Positions 49,310 through 59,258 of a stretch of DNA of 64,000 bases are shown one piece after another. The position numbers were made by a program, and so were the translations under genes. The notes under the pieces were generated by a model. The model made no database searches and was not told the DNA's origin. It saw nothing but the letters and a program-made list of their open reading frames with translations. Where the stretch lies: the NCBI GenBank assembly GCA_024231215.1, contig JAAEQR010000099.1, positions 50,401 through 114,400 of the forward strand, given 5' to 3'. The DNA comes from PVC group bacterium (lineage in GTDB: Bacteria > Omnitrophota > Gorgyraeia > B26-G9). The stretch's first letter is position 1; each line of letters starts with the position of its first letter.

Positions 49310-49637
49310 GGTAGAGACATCTCTGTTTAAGAGTTATGCACAATAAAAACAACGAAAAAACATAATTGTAAAACGTTACTGTAAAATGTGTTATGCGGCA
49401 TTTTTAAAGATCTTTCCACAACTTATCCACAAGCGGGGTATAAATCATTTGGTAAATACGAAACTTATTATAGCAGATTGTGCGGTGATTTCAAGAGTTT
49501 TTTTGTGTTTTTTATTGACTAAACAATCTTTTATGTTATAATTCTCACTATAATTAAAAAACTAATATAAGGGCTTCATGAAAATTAAGAAGTCTTCATT
49601 GGTGTAATCGGGGTTCAAGAAAGGATGTTGATATACA
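49310..49637. promoter_or_regulatory. Candidate oriC, DnaA-box cluster and AT-rich unwinding region
   Basis: Consensus TTATCCACA at 49423-49431. One-mismatch box TTATGCACA at 49333-49341. Degenerate TTTCCACA at 49413-49420. Highly AT-rich stretch 49500-49560. Classic dnaA-rpmH divergent spacer. Confidence 0.55.
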
Positions 49638-49775
49638 ATGAAAAAGGGTCTTACTTGCAAGTCAAATCTAAAGAGAAAAAGAAAACATGGGTTTCGTTCT
49701 CGCATGGAAACAAGCGACGGGCAGGCAATATTAAAAAGACGCCGTAAAAAAGGGCGAAAAGAGCTCTCGGCTTGA
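49638..49775 (+). CDS. rpmH: Ribosomal protein L34
   Basis: 45-aa product [45 protein letters not shown]. Below the ORF-track length cutoff. Confidence 0.85.
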   Translation: MKKGLTCKSNLKRKRKHGFRSRMETSDGQAILKRRRKKGRKELSA

Positions 49776-49776
49776 C

Positions 49777-50145
49777 ATGGAAAAACAGGGTTTTTCGACG
49801 GAAGAACGCCTTTTAAAGACATTTCAATTCAAAAGCGTATATCAGCAAGGCCGCCCCAGGAAGAGTGCAATCTTGTGGATATACAGCATAGCAAATGGCC
49901 TGGGCAAGAATCGCCTAGGGATAAGTGTTAGCAATAAATCCTGTAAGAACATTGTCCAAAGAAACAAGATCAAGCGCATCATAAGAGAAGTATATCGACT
50001 AAACAAAGATGTTTTTGGCCAGAGCAGAGATGTTGTGGTAGTTTTAAAGCGAGCACCAAAAGAAATAAACTATGTTGTTTTCGAAAAAGTCCTCAAAGAA
50101 TGTCTTAATTGTCAAGAGAGAACAACAAGGCAGAGAGTAATATGA
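49777..50145 (+). CDS. rnpA: RNase P protein component
   Basis: Basic 122-aa protein immediately after rpmH. Canonical synteny. Confidence 0.8.
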   Translation: MEKQGFSTEERLLKTFQFKSVYQQGRPRKSAILWIYSIANGLGKNRLGISVSNKSCKNIVQRNKIKRIIREVYRLNKDVFGQSRDVVVVLKRAPKEINYVVFEKVLKECLNCQERTTRQRVI

Positions 50146-50357
50146 AAAATGCCATTATTTTTCTTATTGATTTTTACCGTAAATATCTGTCAAGGCTGAA
50201 GATAAGAACATGTAGGTTCTATCCGACATGTTCGGCTTACACAAAAGAGGCCATAGAAACAAGGGGAGTGGGGAAGGGGCTGTTATCCGGAATCTGGCGC
50301 ATATTACGTTGTCATCCTTTTTCTCCGGGGGGATATGATCCTGTAAAGAAAACCTAA
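50142..50357 (+). CDS. yidD: Membrane protein insertion efficiency factor YidD
   Basis: FYPTCSAY and CHPF..GGYDPV motifs. The ATGA start overlaps the rnpA stop. Confidence 0.8.
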   Translation: MKNAIIFLIDFYRKYLSRLKIRTCRFYPTCSAYTKEAIETRGVGKGLLSGIWRILRCHPFSPGGYDPVKKT

Positions 50358-50388
50358 AGCAATATAACGATCGGAAAACAAACAAACC

Positions 50389-52020
50389 ATGAATAAAGAC
50401 AAAAATTTTATCAAGGCGATTATAATTACAGTTGTAGTTCTTTTTCTTTACCCAAAGATCATGATGCGATTTTTTCCTCAAATGTTTCCAGCTCCGGAAC
50501 AAAACCCGAAAACACATACAACAGAAACCATAAAACAACAGACAGTGATTAATGAAACAGAAAGTGCCTCAACGGATAGTTCTTCAGGCGTAACATATTC
50601 TAAAGAAAACAGTTATGTTTTAGAAAACGATACATATAGAATAACTGTTAATAGTCCGCAGGCAGATGTTCAAAAAGTTGAACTGCAACAATTCATAGAT
50701 CCTCAAACCCAGCAGCCCACCGTGGTCTTGGATGCAGAAGAAAAGCAGCGCGGTGTTTTTGCCACACCAGAGCTTGTGGACAAGGCCCAATTGGAAGACG
50801 TTATAAGTGGTTCTGATAAAATTATATTTATTTATAAGGATTTATCAGGTTTAACGATTAAAAAAACAATCGAACTAGAAGATAATACGCATATAATAAC
50901 GCTAGATATTGAAATAATCAACGAATCCTTACAAGATCAAACCGTGTCGTATCGAATGACTTCTGCGGCAGGCATTGCGCCCGCAGAAGGTATCGCCAGT
51001 CGCTATCAGGAAATATTAACCATACTTGAAACAGAAAAAAGACATAAACAACATCCCGGAAAGGTAAAAAAGGAAACGCTTGTGCCCGGGGCGGTAAAAA
51101 TTGCCGCATTTAAAACAAGATACTTTTCGCTAGCAGCGATCCCTTTTATAAACTGTGACTATACATATAGTTATAAAAACAACTACAGCGATGCTCAGCA
51201 AAGCCCCAGCTTTGGTTTGGGCATAGACAAACAAATAATCCCGGCACAGGGTAAAAAGAACCACGCATTTGCTTTATACGTTGGTCCGAATGATAGTGAA
51301 ACAATGGCTATCTCCGGGCTGGGAATAGAGGAGATCAGAGGGAAAGGGGTTTTTGCGGGATTTTCAGACTTTTTGCTTTCTCTGCTTAGATGGTTACATG
51401 GCATATTTAATAATTATGGATTAGCCGTAATTGCTTTGTCTTTAGTCTTGCAGACCTTCCTGTACCCGCTTACATTTAAGAGCTTAAAGTCCATGAAAGA
51501 TATGCAGGCATTGCAGCCACAAGTAGAGGAGATGCGCAATAAATACAAAGACGATGCGCAAAAACTAAATAAAGAGATAATGGAGCTTTATAAGAACAAT
51601 AAAGTTAATCCTTTGGGCGGTTGCTTGCCGATGCTGCTTCAGATGCCGGTCTTTTTCTCTTTATACAAAGTATTAATGCAAGCCGTGGAATTGCGGGGCG
51701 CACAATTTTGGTGGATAAAAGATCTTTCCGGGCCGGATGCTTTAATTGTTTTCTCTAATACATATCCATTAATTGGAAACACCTTTAACATTTTGCCGGT
51801 AGTAATGATCGCGGCGTCATTTTTACAGCAAAAAATGACGAATCCCAACCAAGCAAATGAGCAGCAAAAAATGATGGCTTTAATCATGCCTGTTTTTCTT
51901 GGGGCTATTTTTTATAGATTTCCGTCGGGATTGGTGCTGTATTTTCTTACTAATACAATTTTTTCGCTTGTAATGCAGGGATTTATGGCTTCAAGGGCTT
52001 CTGTGGCAAAAGAAGAATAA
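50389..52020 (+). CDS. yidC: Membrane protein insertase YidC
   Basis: N-terminal TM and periplasmic domain. Conserved C-terminal 5-TM core (PLGGCLPMLLQMPVFFSLY ... LVLYFLTNTIFS). Confidence 0.9.
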   Translation: MNKDKNFIKAIIITVVVLFLYPKIMMRFFPQMFPAPEQNPKTHTTETIKQQTVINETESASTDSSSGVTYSKENSYVLENDTYRITVNSPQADVQKVELQQFIDPQTQQPTVVLDAEEKQRGVFATPELVDKAQLEDVISGSDKIIFIYKDLSGLTIKKTIELEDNTHIITLDIEIINESLQDQTVSYRMTSAAGIAPAEGIASRYQEILTILETEKRHKQHPGKVKKETLVPGAVKIAAFKTRYFSLAAIPFINCDYTYSYKNNYSDAQQSPSFGLGIDKQIIPAQGKKNHAFALYVGPNDSETMAISGLGIEEIRGKGVFAGFSDFLLSLLRWLHGIFNNYGLAVIALSLVLQTFLYPLTFKSLKSMKDMQALQPQVEEMRNKYKDDAQKLNKEIMELYKNNKVNPLGGCLPMLLQMPVFFSLYKVLMQAVELRGAQFWWIKDLSGPDALIVFSNTYPLIGNTFNILPVVMIAASFLQQKMTNPNQANEQQKMMALIMPVFLGAIFYRFPSGLVLYFLTNTIFSLVMQGFMASRASVAKEE

Positions 52021-52041
52021 GAGGCTATAGCAAGGGGGCAC

Positions 52042-52263
52042 ATGGTCGATAACGATAAAGAAAAAGAAGCAATGCGCGATAGGGAGTATGTGGGGAACAC
52101 TGTGGAAGAAGCAATAGCTACAGCACTCGCCGATCTTAAACTTCCCAAGGAAAAAGTAAAAATACAGATTTTAACCGAAGGACAACGGGGTTTGTTTGGA
52201 ATGAAAGGGGCAAAACAAGCAAAAATACGAGTAACAATCCTGCCAGAAGAGTCCCCCCAATAG
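52042..52263 (+). CDS. Stand-alone Jag/KhpB N-terminal domain protein
   Basis: Jag_N-like sequence (VEEAIATALADLKLPKEKVKIQILTEGQRGLFGMKG) in the canonical post-yidC position. No KH or R3H domain follows. Confidence 0.55.
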   Translation: MVDNDKEKEAMRDREYVGNTVEEAIATALADLKLPKEKVKIQILTEGQRGLFGMKGAKQAKIRVTILPEESPQ

Positions 52264-52329
52264 AAAAATAGAGATTCCTAAAAAATATTCGCACTGTTCC
52301 ACGTGGAACAGTTGCCCAGTGAATGAAGA

Positions 52330-54153
52330 ATGAAAGAAATAAAATATCCACAGAAATATGATGTTATCGTTGTTGGTGCCGGACACGCCGGATGTGAGGC
52401 GGCTTTGGCGGCTAGCAGAATGGGATGTTTAACCTTGCTGACCACGATAAATCTGGATACGATTGCCCAGCTGTCTTGCAATCCTGCCCTAGGCGGCCCA
52501 GGAAAGGGGCATATTGCCCGGGAAATCGATGCCCTAGGGGGAGAGATGGCTAAAATCATTGATAGGGCAGGGATCCAGTTTCGCATGCTTAATACAAAAA
52601 AAGGGCCTGCGGTTTGGGCGCCCCGAGCGCAGACAGATAAGCGGCAATATCAGGCCTTTATGCGGCAGAGCTTGGAAAAACAGAATTTATTGCAGTTAAA
52701 GCAAATGATGGTTACTGACCTGATTATAGAAAAAAAGAAAGTTATTGGGATTAAAACCAATACAAATCTTAAAATATATGCAAAAACTGTTATTCTTACT
52801 ACGGGGACTTTTTTAAACGGGCTTATTCATATAGGAGAAACTTCAATGGCGGGCGGGCGATTAGGGGAATGTTCTTCCCTGGGGTTGCCAAAGAGGCTAA
52901 AAAAACTTGGGCTTAAAATGGGTCGGCTAAAAACAGGAACTCCGGCAAGAGTTCACGCAGCCACAATTGATTACAAATTATTTGACAAACAGCCCGGAGA
53001 TAAAAAACCAAGCCCGTTTTCTTACGAAACAAAAGAATTAAAACTGAAGCAGGTTTTATGTTATTTAGGATATACAAATAAAAAGACCCACCAGATTATT
53101 AAGAGAAATCTCCACCGGTCACCACTATATAGCGGGAAAATAAAAGGAGTAGGAGTTAGGTACTGTCCGTCGATAGAAGATAAAATTGTAAAATTTCCGG
53201 ATAAAGATAGGCACCAGGTGTTTATTGAGCCAGAGGGTAGAGATACTTGTGAGATATATTTGAACGGGCTATCCAATAGCTTGCCACAAGATATTCAGAT
53301 AAAGATGCTGGAATCTATTCCCGGATTAAACAAAGCGCAGATAATGCGGTTTGGTTATGGCATAGAGTATGATTTTGTAGATCCCACACAATTGGCTTCT
53401 ACCACTGAAACAAAAACAACTCAAAACCTATTTTTAGCTGGGCAGATTAATGGAACTACGGGATATGAAGAAGCCGCTTGTCAGGGGTTGGTTGCGGGGA
53501 TCAATGCTGTTTTAAAGATACAAAAGAAGTCTCCATTTATTATGGATAGAACGCAAAGTTATATTGGGGTGCTTATTGATGATTTGGTCACAAAAGGAAC
53601 AAATGAACCATATAGATTGTTTACTTCCCGAGTGGAACATCGTTTGATAGTTCGACAGGACAATGCAGATTTAAGGCTTGGTGAGTTAGCGTATAAATTT
53701 GGCTTGATTTCAAAAAGAAGAATTGATACAATAAGAAAAAAGCAGGAGTTAATTACCTCAATGATAAATTCTTTACATAAAACTCAGCATGGAAACAATT
53801 CGTTGGCAAAAATTTTAAAGCGACCACAAATAGCTTTTGCTGATATCCGGAAAATAAAGCCAGGGCTAAAAAAGCTAACACCTGAAATTGTAAATCAGGT
53901 TGAAATAGAAATAAAATACGAAGGATATATTCAGAGAGAAAAAACACTAGTTAATAAATTAGGTAAACTGGAAAACAAAAAAATTCCTGAGCGTTTTCCG
54001 TTTCACAAAATAGGGGGAATTAAAAAAGAAGCTAGAGAAAAATTAAGCAAAATACAGCCGCGATCTATTGGGCATGCAATGCGGATCTCGGGAGTGACAT
54101 CAAGCGATATCGCCTTGGTGCTTTTACATATTGAAAGAGCCGCAAAGAAATGA
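52330..54153 (+). CDS. mnmG: tRNA uridine-5-carboxymethylaminomethyl modification enzyme MnmG (GidA)
   Basis: FAD-binding YDVIVVGAGHAGCEAALAASRMG. Full-length 607 aa. Confidence 0.92.
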   Translation: MKEIKYPQKYDVIVVGAGHAGCEAALAASRMGCLTLLTTINLDTIAQLSCNPALGGPGKGHIAREIDALGGEMAKIIDRAGIQFRMLNTKKGPAVWAPRAQTDKRQYQAFMRQSLEKQNLLQLKQMMVTDLIIEKKKVIGIKTNTNLKIYAKTVILTTGTFLNGLIHIGETSMAGGRLGECSSLGLPKRLKKLGLKMGRLKTGTPARVHAATIDYKLFDKQPGDKKPSPFSYETKELKLKQVLCYLGYTNKKTHQIIKRNLHRSPLYSGKIKGVGVRYCPSIEDKIVKFPDKDRHQVFIEPEGRDTCEIYLNGLSNSLPQDIQIKMLESIPGLNKAQIMRFGYGIEYDFVDPTQLASTTETKTTQNLFLAGQINGTTGYEEAACQGLVAGINAVLKIQKKSPFIMDRTQSYIGVLIDDLVTKGTNEPYRLFTSRVEHRLIVRQDNADLRLGELAYKFGLISKRRIDTIRKKQELITSMINSLHKTQHGNNSLAKILKRPQIAFADIRKIKPGLKKLTPEIVNQVEIEIKYEGYIQREKTLVNKLGKLENKKIPERFPFHKIGGIKKEAREKLSKIQPRSIGHAMRISGVTSSDIALVLLHIERAAKK

Positions 54154-54357
54154 TGAATGAGGGGAAGGCATAAAGGCAAAAAGTTATAAATTATAAATGA
54201 TTTAAAAAATAAATAAAGTAATTAATTGCCATATAAAAATTTCCCGACTTCAAAATTAACTAAAGTTTTTTTGTTTTTAATTTGTCGCGGGTAATGAAAG
54301 AAAGCTTTTATTAATAATTCATAATTAATCAGTAGTAATTAAAGAGTAGGGGGAGTA

Positions 54358-55044
54358 ATGGCCAAAAAAAACAATTCATTTATAAGAAGAAATTATTTTG
54401 TGCTTAAGGGGTTTCAGGTAAGATTCAGCATCATAATTTTTATTGCCACATTAGTTATAAGTTTGATTGCAGTTTGGACCACGTATGTTGTTACTTGGAA
54501 TGAAATAAATATTCATGTAGAAAGTCAAAATTTCGCGGAGAAACTACGCGTTCATTATAGCCAGGGACAGGGAATTGGAGAAAACATAGAATTAGTAAAT
54601 GCTATTTTTGCTGTAGAGTTTTCTGATGTGTTTGATCGTGTGTCCAAATCTTTAATGATTCGACTGTTGGCAAGTTCGCTGGTTTTGTTTGTGCTAAGTA
54701 TTTTTGCTTCGCATAAAATGGCTGGTCCAATATATCGAATGGCCAATGTGGCTAAGGCAATTCGGGAGGGAAATTTAACGGTTGATTTAAGCCGCTTACG
54801 TGAAGGGGATGAGTTCACGGAATTGGCGGATGAGCTTAACGGAGCTATTATAAAATTACGTTCGTCGGTTAATAGATGCAAGCAAATGGCGGGAAAACTT
54901 AGCACCATGAGCGGTAAATTAGTTGTGCATAGCAAGGAAAATAAAGGCATACCAGACAAAGCTGCAAAGACAATAAAAGAGATGGAAGACATTGCAAATA
55001 AACTAGTTGCGGAAATTGATTATTTTAAAACTAAGAAGGGTTGA
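54358..55044 (+). CDS. Two-TM membrane protein with a HAMP domain and short coiled coil
   Basis: Two TM helices flanking a small periplasmic loop. HAMP-like AGPIYRMANVAKAIREGNLTVDL ... ELADELNGAIIKLR. Confidence 0.55.
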   Translation: MAKKNNSFIRRNYFVLKGFQVRFSIIIFIATLVISLIAVWTTYVVTWNEINIHVESQNFAEKLRVHYSQGQGIGENIELVNAIFAVEFSDVFDRVSKSLMIRLLASSLVLFVLSIFASHKMAGPIYRMANVAKAIREGNLTVDLSRLREGDEFTELADELNGAIIKLRSSVNRCKQMAGKLSTMSGKLVVHSKENKGIPDKAAKTIKEMEDIANKLVAEIDYFKTKKG

Positions 55045-55961
55045 GCATGGGCAAAATAATCGGTATTTGTAACCAAAAAGGCGGAGTTGGCAAAACAACA
55101 AGCGCGATTAATTTAAGCACCTATGTAGCGGCAAAAGGATATAAGACGTTATTGGTTGACTCTGATCCGCAGGCAAATGCTACAAGTGGCCTGGGATTAG
55201 ATAAAAAAGCCCAAACAAAAAATGTCTATGATTTATTAATGGGGCTAGCTTCCGTTGAAGAAGTAAAGGTTCAGGGCCCGCTAGAAAACTTGTTCATCCT
55301 GCCGTCTAATGTTGCTTTAACCGGAGCAGAAATAGAATTGGTCGATACCGAACAGCGTGAATTTAAAATGAAACAAGTTTTATCCGCGGCTCGCGATCAG
55401 TTTGATTTTATTTTTATTGATTGTCCGCCGTCGATAGGCTTACTAACCTTAAACTGTCTGGTTGCGGCAGATAAAGTGCTTATTCCTCTACAGTGCGAAT
55501 ATTATTCTTTAGAAGGGATAAGCCAGCTCATGGAGACAATAGCGCTGGTAAAAAGCGGCCTTAATCGCCAATTGGAAACAGCCGGAATTGTTTTAACTAT
55601 GGCTGATTTCCGAACAAAACTAACCTCTGATGTTATTAGTGAGGTAAGAGGATTTTTTAAAGAGAAGGTTTTTGAAACAGTAATTCCCCGCAGCATTCGT
55701 ATAAGCGAAGCTCCGGGGTTTGGTAAGCCGCTTTTATTATATGACGAAACATCTCTTGGCGCACAAAAATATGAATCTTTGGCTGAAGAATTTTTAAAAA
55801 GAGAAGTTGGAGAGGCTGGCAGTGTGGCGAAAATTCCGCACGAAATTGTGTTAATTGAAAGCCCCGAGGATGAAATTCAGCTGGCCGAAGAATCTAACGT
55901 GTTGCAGGCTAACGATTTAGAAGAAGAAAAAACATTTAATAATACAACAGTTGATCAATAG
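55041..55961 (+). CDS. parA: Chromosome partitioning ATPase ParA/Soj
   Basis: Deviant Walker A KGGVGKTT. Full ParA fold. An acidic C-terminal extension. Confidence 0.9.
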   Translation: MSMGKIIGICNQKGGVGKTTSAINLSTYVAAKGYKTLLVDSDPQANATSGLGLDKKAQTKNVYDLLMGLASVEEVKVQGPLENLFILPSNVALTGAEIELVDTEQREFKMKQVLSAARDQFDFIFIDCPPSIGLLTLNCLVAADKVLIPLQCEYYSLEGISQLMETIALVKSGLNRQLETAGIVLTMADFRTKLTSDVISEVRGFFKEKVFETVIPRSIRISEAPGFGKPLLLYDETSLGAQKYESLAEEFLKREVGEAGSVAKIPHEIVLIESPEDEIQLAEESNVLQANDLEEEKTFNNTTVDQ

Positions 55962-55982
55962 AATCAATAGAGGGAGAGAGGC

Positions 55983-56831
55983 ATGGAAAGAAGAGTCTTA
56001 GGGAAAGGCTTGAGTGCGTTAATATCTCCGGAAGCGGTGCCGGAACAAAAAGGAGTTATTTTTCTTGATCCGCAAAAAATAACGGCGAATCGATATCAAC
56101 CACGGTTAGAATTTAAAGAAGACAAGCTGCAAGAATTAATGGATTCAATTCAGGAAAAAGGGGTTGTGCAGCCGGTCATCGTGCGAAAAAACGAGGGAGA
56201 GGCCTACGAGCTTATTGCCGGAGAACGCAGATTGCGGGCGGTAAAAGGGTTGGGGCATAAGGAGATTCCTGCGGTCATTAAAAATGTTACAGACCTAGAG
56301 CTTTTGGAATTATCGCTAATTGAAAATATTCAGAGAGATGATTTAAATGCTTTAGAAGAAGCAAAAGCCTATAACACAATGATAAAGGATTTTAATTTTA
56401 CACAAGAACAAATTGCTAAGACTGTGGGAAAAGGCCGGGCTACAGTGGCGAATATGTTAAGATTATTGTCTTTGCCTTCAACAGTGCAAGAAGCGTTAGC
56501 TAAGGGACTAATTAGCTTTGGACATGCCAAGGCTATTTTAAGTCTTCCGGATGAGAATTTACAAATCGATCTTTTAGACAAAATTATTACAGACGGCTAT
56601 TCCGTGCGCGAGGCAGAACAGTATGCAACCCTGGAACCAGAAGAAGAATATCAGCCGAAAAAGAAACAGGAAAAAGATCAGCATATCATGGCGCTTGAGT
56701 CGGAAATGCAGCATATTTTAGGGACCAAGGTAAAGATTAATCATAAGCCTAAACGAGGTAAAATTCAAATCGAATACTATTCAATTGATGATTTGCAAAG
56801 AATATTAAAAATCATGGGCAAGCAGGAATAA
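55983..56831 (+). CDS. parB: Chromosome partitioning protein ParB/Spo0J
   Basis: ParB box GERRLRA. HTH region. C-terminal dimerisation domain. Confidence 0.88.
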   Translation: MERRVLGKGLSALISPEAVPEQKGVIFLDPQKITANRYQPRLEFKEDKLQELMDSIQEKGVVQPVIVRKNEGEAYELIAGERRLRAVKGLGHKEIPAVIKNVTDLELLELSLIENIQRDDLNALEEAKAYNTMIKDFNFTQEQIAKTVGKGRATVANMLRLLSLPSTVQEALAKGLISFGHAKAILSLPDENLQIDLLDKIITDGYSVREAEQYATLEPEEEYQPKKKQEKDQHIMALESEMQHILGTKVKINHKPKRGKIQIEYYSIDDLQRILKIMGKQE

Positions 56832-56867
56832 TTATTAAAATACAAATAAACGGAGGTATTTTTTATT

Positions 56868-57371
56868 ATGAATAAGAAAACATTAATACTAATCAAGCCC
56901 GATGGGTTGGTGAAATCTTTAACCGGGAATATCTTAACTAGATTATCTGAAACAAAGTTGGAAATTATTGCGGCTAAGATAGTTAATGTATCGGAAGAGC
57001 TGGCAAGAGAGCATTATAAGCACTTGCAAGATAAGCCGTTTTTTAACGAATTAATAAGTTATTTGCAGGGAGGATTGCATGATCGGCAAAAAGTAATGGC
57101 CATGGTTTATTGGGGAGACATTGCTATTCAAAAAGTAAGAGAACTTGCCGGCGCAACCAATCCGGAAGAAGCAGAACCAACATCTATTCGTGGAGCTTAC
57201 GGTCGCATCACCTCTAAAGGTGTATATGAAAATGTGGTGCACGCTTCTTCAGATGAAAAAGAAGCGGAACGAGAGATCAAGCTATGGTTTAAACCCAATG
57301 AAATCATTTATGATGTATATCCAACAGAAACAAAAACATTGGATCAGGTAAGCAAAAGAGTTTGGGTGTAA
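56868..57371 (+). CDS. ndk: Nucleoside diphosphate kinase
   Basis: LILIKPDG, NVVHASSD (catalytic His) and AEREIKLWF. Confidence 0.8.
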   Translation: MNKKTLILIKPDGLVKSLTGNILTRLSETKLEIIAAKIVNVSEELAREHYKHLQDKPFFNELISYLQGGLHDRQKVMAMVYWGDIAIQKVRELAGATNPEEAEPTSIRGAYGRITSKGVYENVVHASSDEKEAEREIKLWFKPNEIIYDVYPTETKTLDQVSKRVWV

Positions 57372-57416
57372 AACAGGGGTCTTTTTAAAATCCCAGGGGA
57401 ATGGTATAATTATTAT

Positions 57417-57803
57417 ATGAAGAGTTTCACGTTGGTAGAATTATTAATGGTTACAATTATAATTGCGGTGCTGGTGGGCATATCTATTCCGCATTATTTG
57501 GATAAGCGGTTTCAGGCTCATGAACAAAAAGCACGGTTTAACTTAAGCCAAATGCATAAAGCCCAAAAACAGTGCTGGTTTGAAGAAGATTTTACCGGAG
57601 ACGGAGATCCCGACAATCGATATGCCGATGTGGGAGAAGACGCTATTTTAGAGACCTATGTGGGCTTCTCCTTGGATGATGGACATTGGACATATGCAAT
57701 CAATTCAGGAGATGCCTCAACCTTTGATATGCAGGCAACGCATTACGACGGCTCTCATAACATGAACATCGACCAGGACGGAACGCTAACCACCGATTAC
57801 TAA
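57417..57803 (+). CDS. Orphan type IV pilin/pseudopilin-like protein with Ser at position -1
   Basis: N-terminus MKSFTLVELLMVTIIIAVLVGISIP is the prepilin N-methylation motif with E5. Ser replaces the usual Gly before the cleavage site. Confidence 0.55.
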   Translation: MKSFTLVELLMVTIIIAVLVGISIPHYLDKRFQAHEQKARFNLSQMHKAQKQCWFEEDFTGDGDPDNRYADVGEDAILETYVGFSLDDGHWTYAINSGDASTFDMQATHYDGSHNMNIDQDGTLTTDY

Positions 57804-57833
57804 TCCATATTAAACGATTTTTATTGCTTGTCT

Positions 57834-57870
57834 AATAAGACTAAACAAGCCAGACTACTTTAGTCTTATT
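57834..57870. repeat. 12-bp-stem palindromic hairpin of the same family, loop in inverted orientation
   Basis: AATAAGACTAAA-caagccagactac-TTTAGTCTTATT. The loop contains GCCAGAC, the reverse complement of GTCTGGC found in copies 1 and 2. Lies at the convergent pilin/lnt junction, overlapping the last codons of lnt. Confidence 0.55.
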
Positions 57871-59258
57871 GTGGCGTGGCCGCGAATAAATATATCTTTA
57901 TTGTTTTGCTTCACAGGTTCTTTTATTCGGCCGTGGGGATCGATAAAGCAGGAGATTCCGGTGTTTGCGCAGCGGATAAACCATTTGCGGTTTTCCACGG
58001 CACGGAATACGCTCATAGCTAAGTGCTGAACAGGTTCGGCGCTGTTTTTAAACCAGGCCTCATTAGTGATCGTGATCAGAATATCTGCCCCTTTTTCCCG
58101 AAATTGTTTTACCAGAGCAGGGAAGGTGTCTTCAAAACAGACCAAAACACTAAAACGCGCAGTGTTTCCTTGTTGATCCGGCATTTCAAACAACGTATAA
58201 TGTGTCCCGGCTGAAAAATCACCTATTCCAAAAGAGTATAAAAATCCCAGGTATTTATTAAACGGTACGTATTCTCCAAATGGAACAAGGTGCAGTTTAT
58301 CATGGTATTTATTAAGCGATCCATTGGAATTAAACAAAAACGCGGAATTATAATATTCTTCACCGAAAGTCTCTTCGCGCGGACTACCAACTAATATGTG
58401 AGCTTGGGATTGTTTGGTTAAATCAATTGTGTATTTCATTAATTTAGCGTTGCTTAGGAGATATCCGGGGATAGATGTTTCCGGCCAGACAATTAAATCC
58501 GGAGTATCTTTTGCTGCTGCTAAAGTAAGCTGGCGGAAATTGTCTAAAATAGCTTGTTTATATGCCGGATCCCATTTGTGTTCCTGCGGAATATTGGGTT
58601 GGAGCACGCTTATTTTTAAATCAGGGGCCGGAAAGTTTTTTTGCAATGAGTAAAATCCATAGGCATAAGTTAAGAATATCAGTAGAGCGCTCAGGCAAAA
58701 GGCGGCGCTGCGCCAAAGATGCTTTGGTTTTAAAAGAATGATTTGTAAAATAGCGAGATTGACAAAAATAATTAAAAAACCAACACCCCAAACTCCAAAA
58801 ATATCAGCGGATTGGAGAAGAGCTAAATTTTTAAACTGAGAATAGCCAATAAGCGCCCATCCAAAACCGGTTAAAAGATAACTTCTCGCAAATTCCAAGC
58901 ATATCCACAACAAGGGCAGGGTAAATAAAGAAAGTATGCTTGTTATGTTTTTTGCGAGAGCTCCAAAAAGACAGATGTAGAGACTTAGATATATGCAAAG
59001 AATAATTAGTCCAGCAATTGTTACATGTCCGATCCAGTAAATAGTTAGGATGAAAAAGAAAAAACTGAAGATAAATGATAAAAAAATACGTTGTTTAAAA
59101 GATTTCTTATGAAGACTGAGCAAAAACGGAATTAGTGCAAACCAGGCAAGTATGCCGAGGTTTAAACGGGAAAAAGTAAATGCAAGCAATATGGCTGAAA
59201 ACAGTGAAGCAAAAATATATTTTATTTGTCTTTGATCTTGATTCATCTTCCACAGCAT
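57855..59258 (-). CDS. lnt: Apolipoprotein N-acyltransferase
   Basis: Polytopic N-terminal half and C-terminal CN-hydrolase domain ([10 protein letters not shown] ... CFEDTFP). Overlaps the secA end by 16 nt. Confidence 0.7.
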   Translation of the reverse strand: MLWKMNQDQRQIKYIFASLFSAILLAFTFSRLNLGILAWFALIPFLLSLHKKSFKQRIFLSFIFSFFFFILTIYWIGHVTIAGLIILCIYLSLYICLFGALAKNITSILSLFTLPLLWICLEFARSYLLTGFGWALIGYSQFKNLALLQSADIFGVWGVGFLIIFVNLAILQIILLKPKHLWRSAAFCLSALLIFLTYAYGFYSLQKNFPAPDLKISVLQPNIPQEHKWDPAYKQAILDNFRQLTLAAAKDTPDLIVWPETSIPGYLLSNAKLMKYTIDLTKQSQAHILVGSPREETFGEEYYNSAFLFNSNGSLNKYHDKLHLVPFGEYVPFNKYLGFLYSFGIGDFSAGTHYTLFEMPDQQGNTARFSVLVCFEDTFPALVKQFREKGADILITITNEAWFKNSAEPVQHLAMSVFRAVENRKWFIRCANTGISCFIDPHGRIKEPVKQNNKDIFIRGHATIRLK

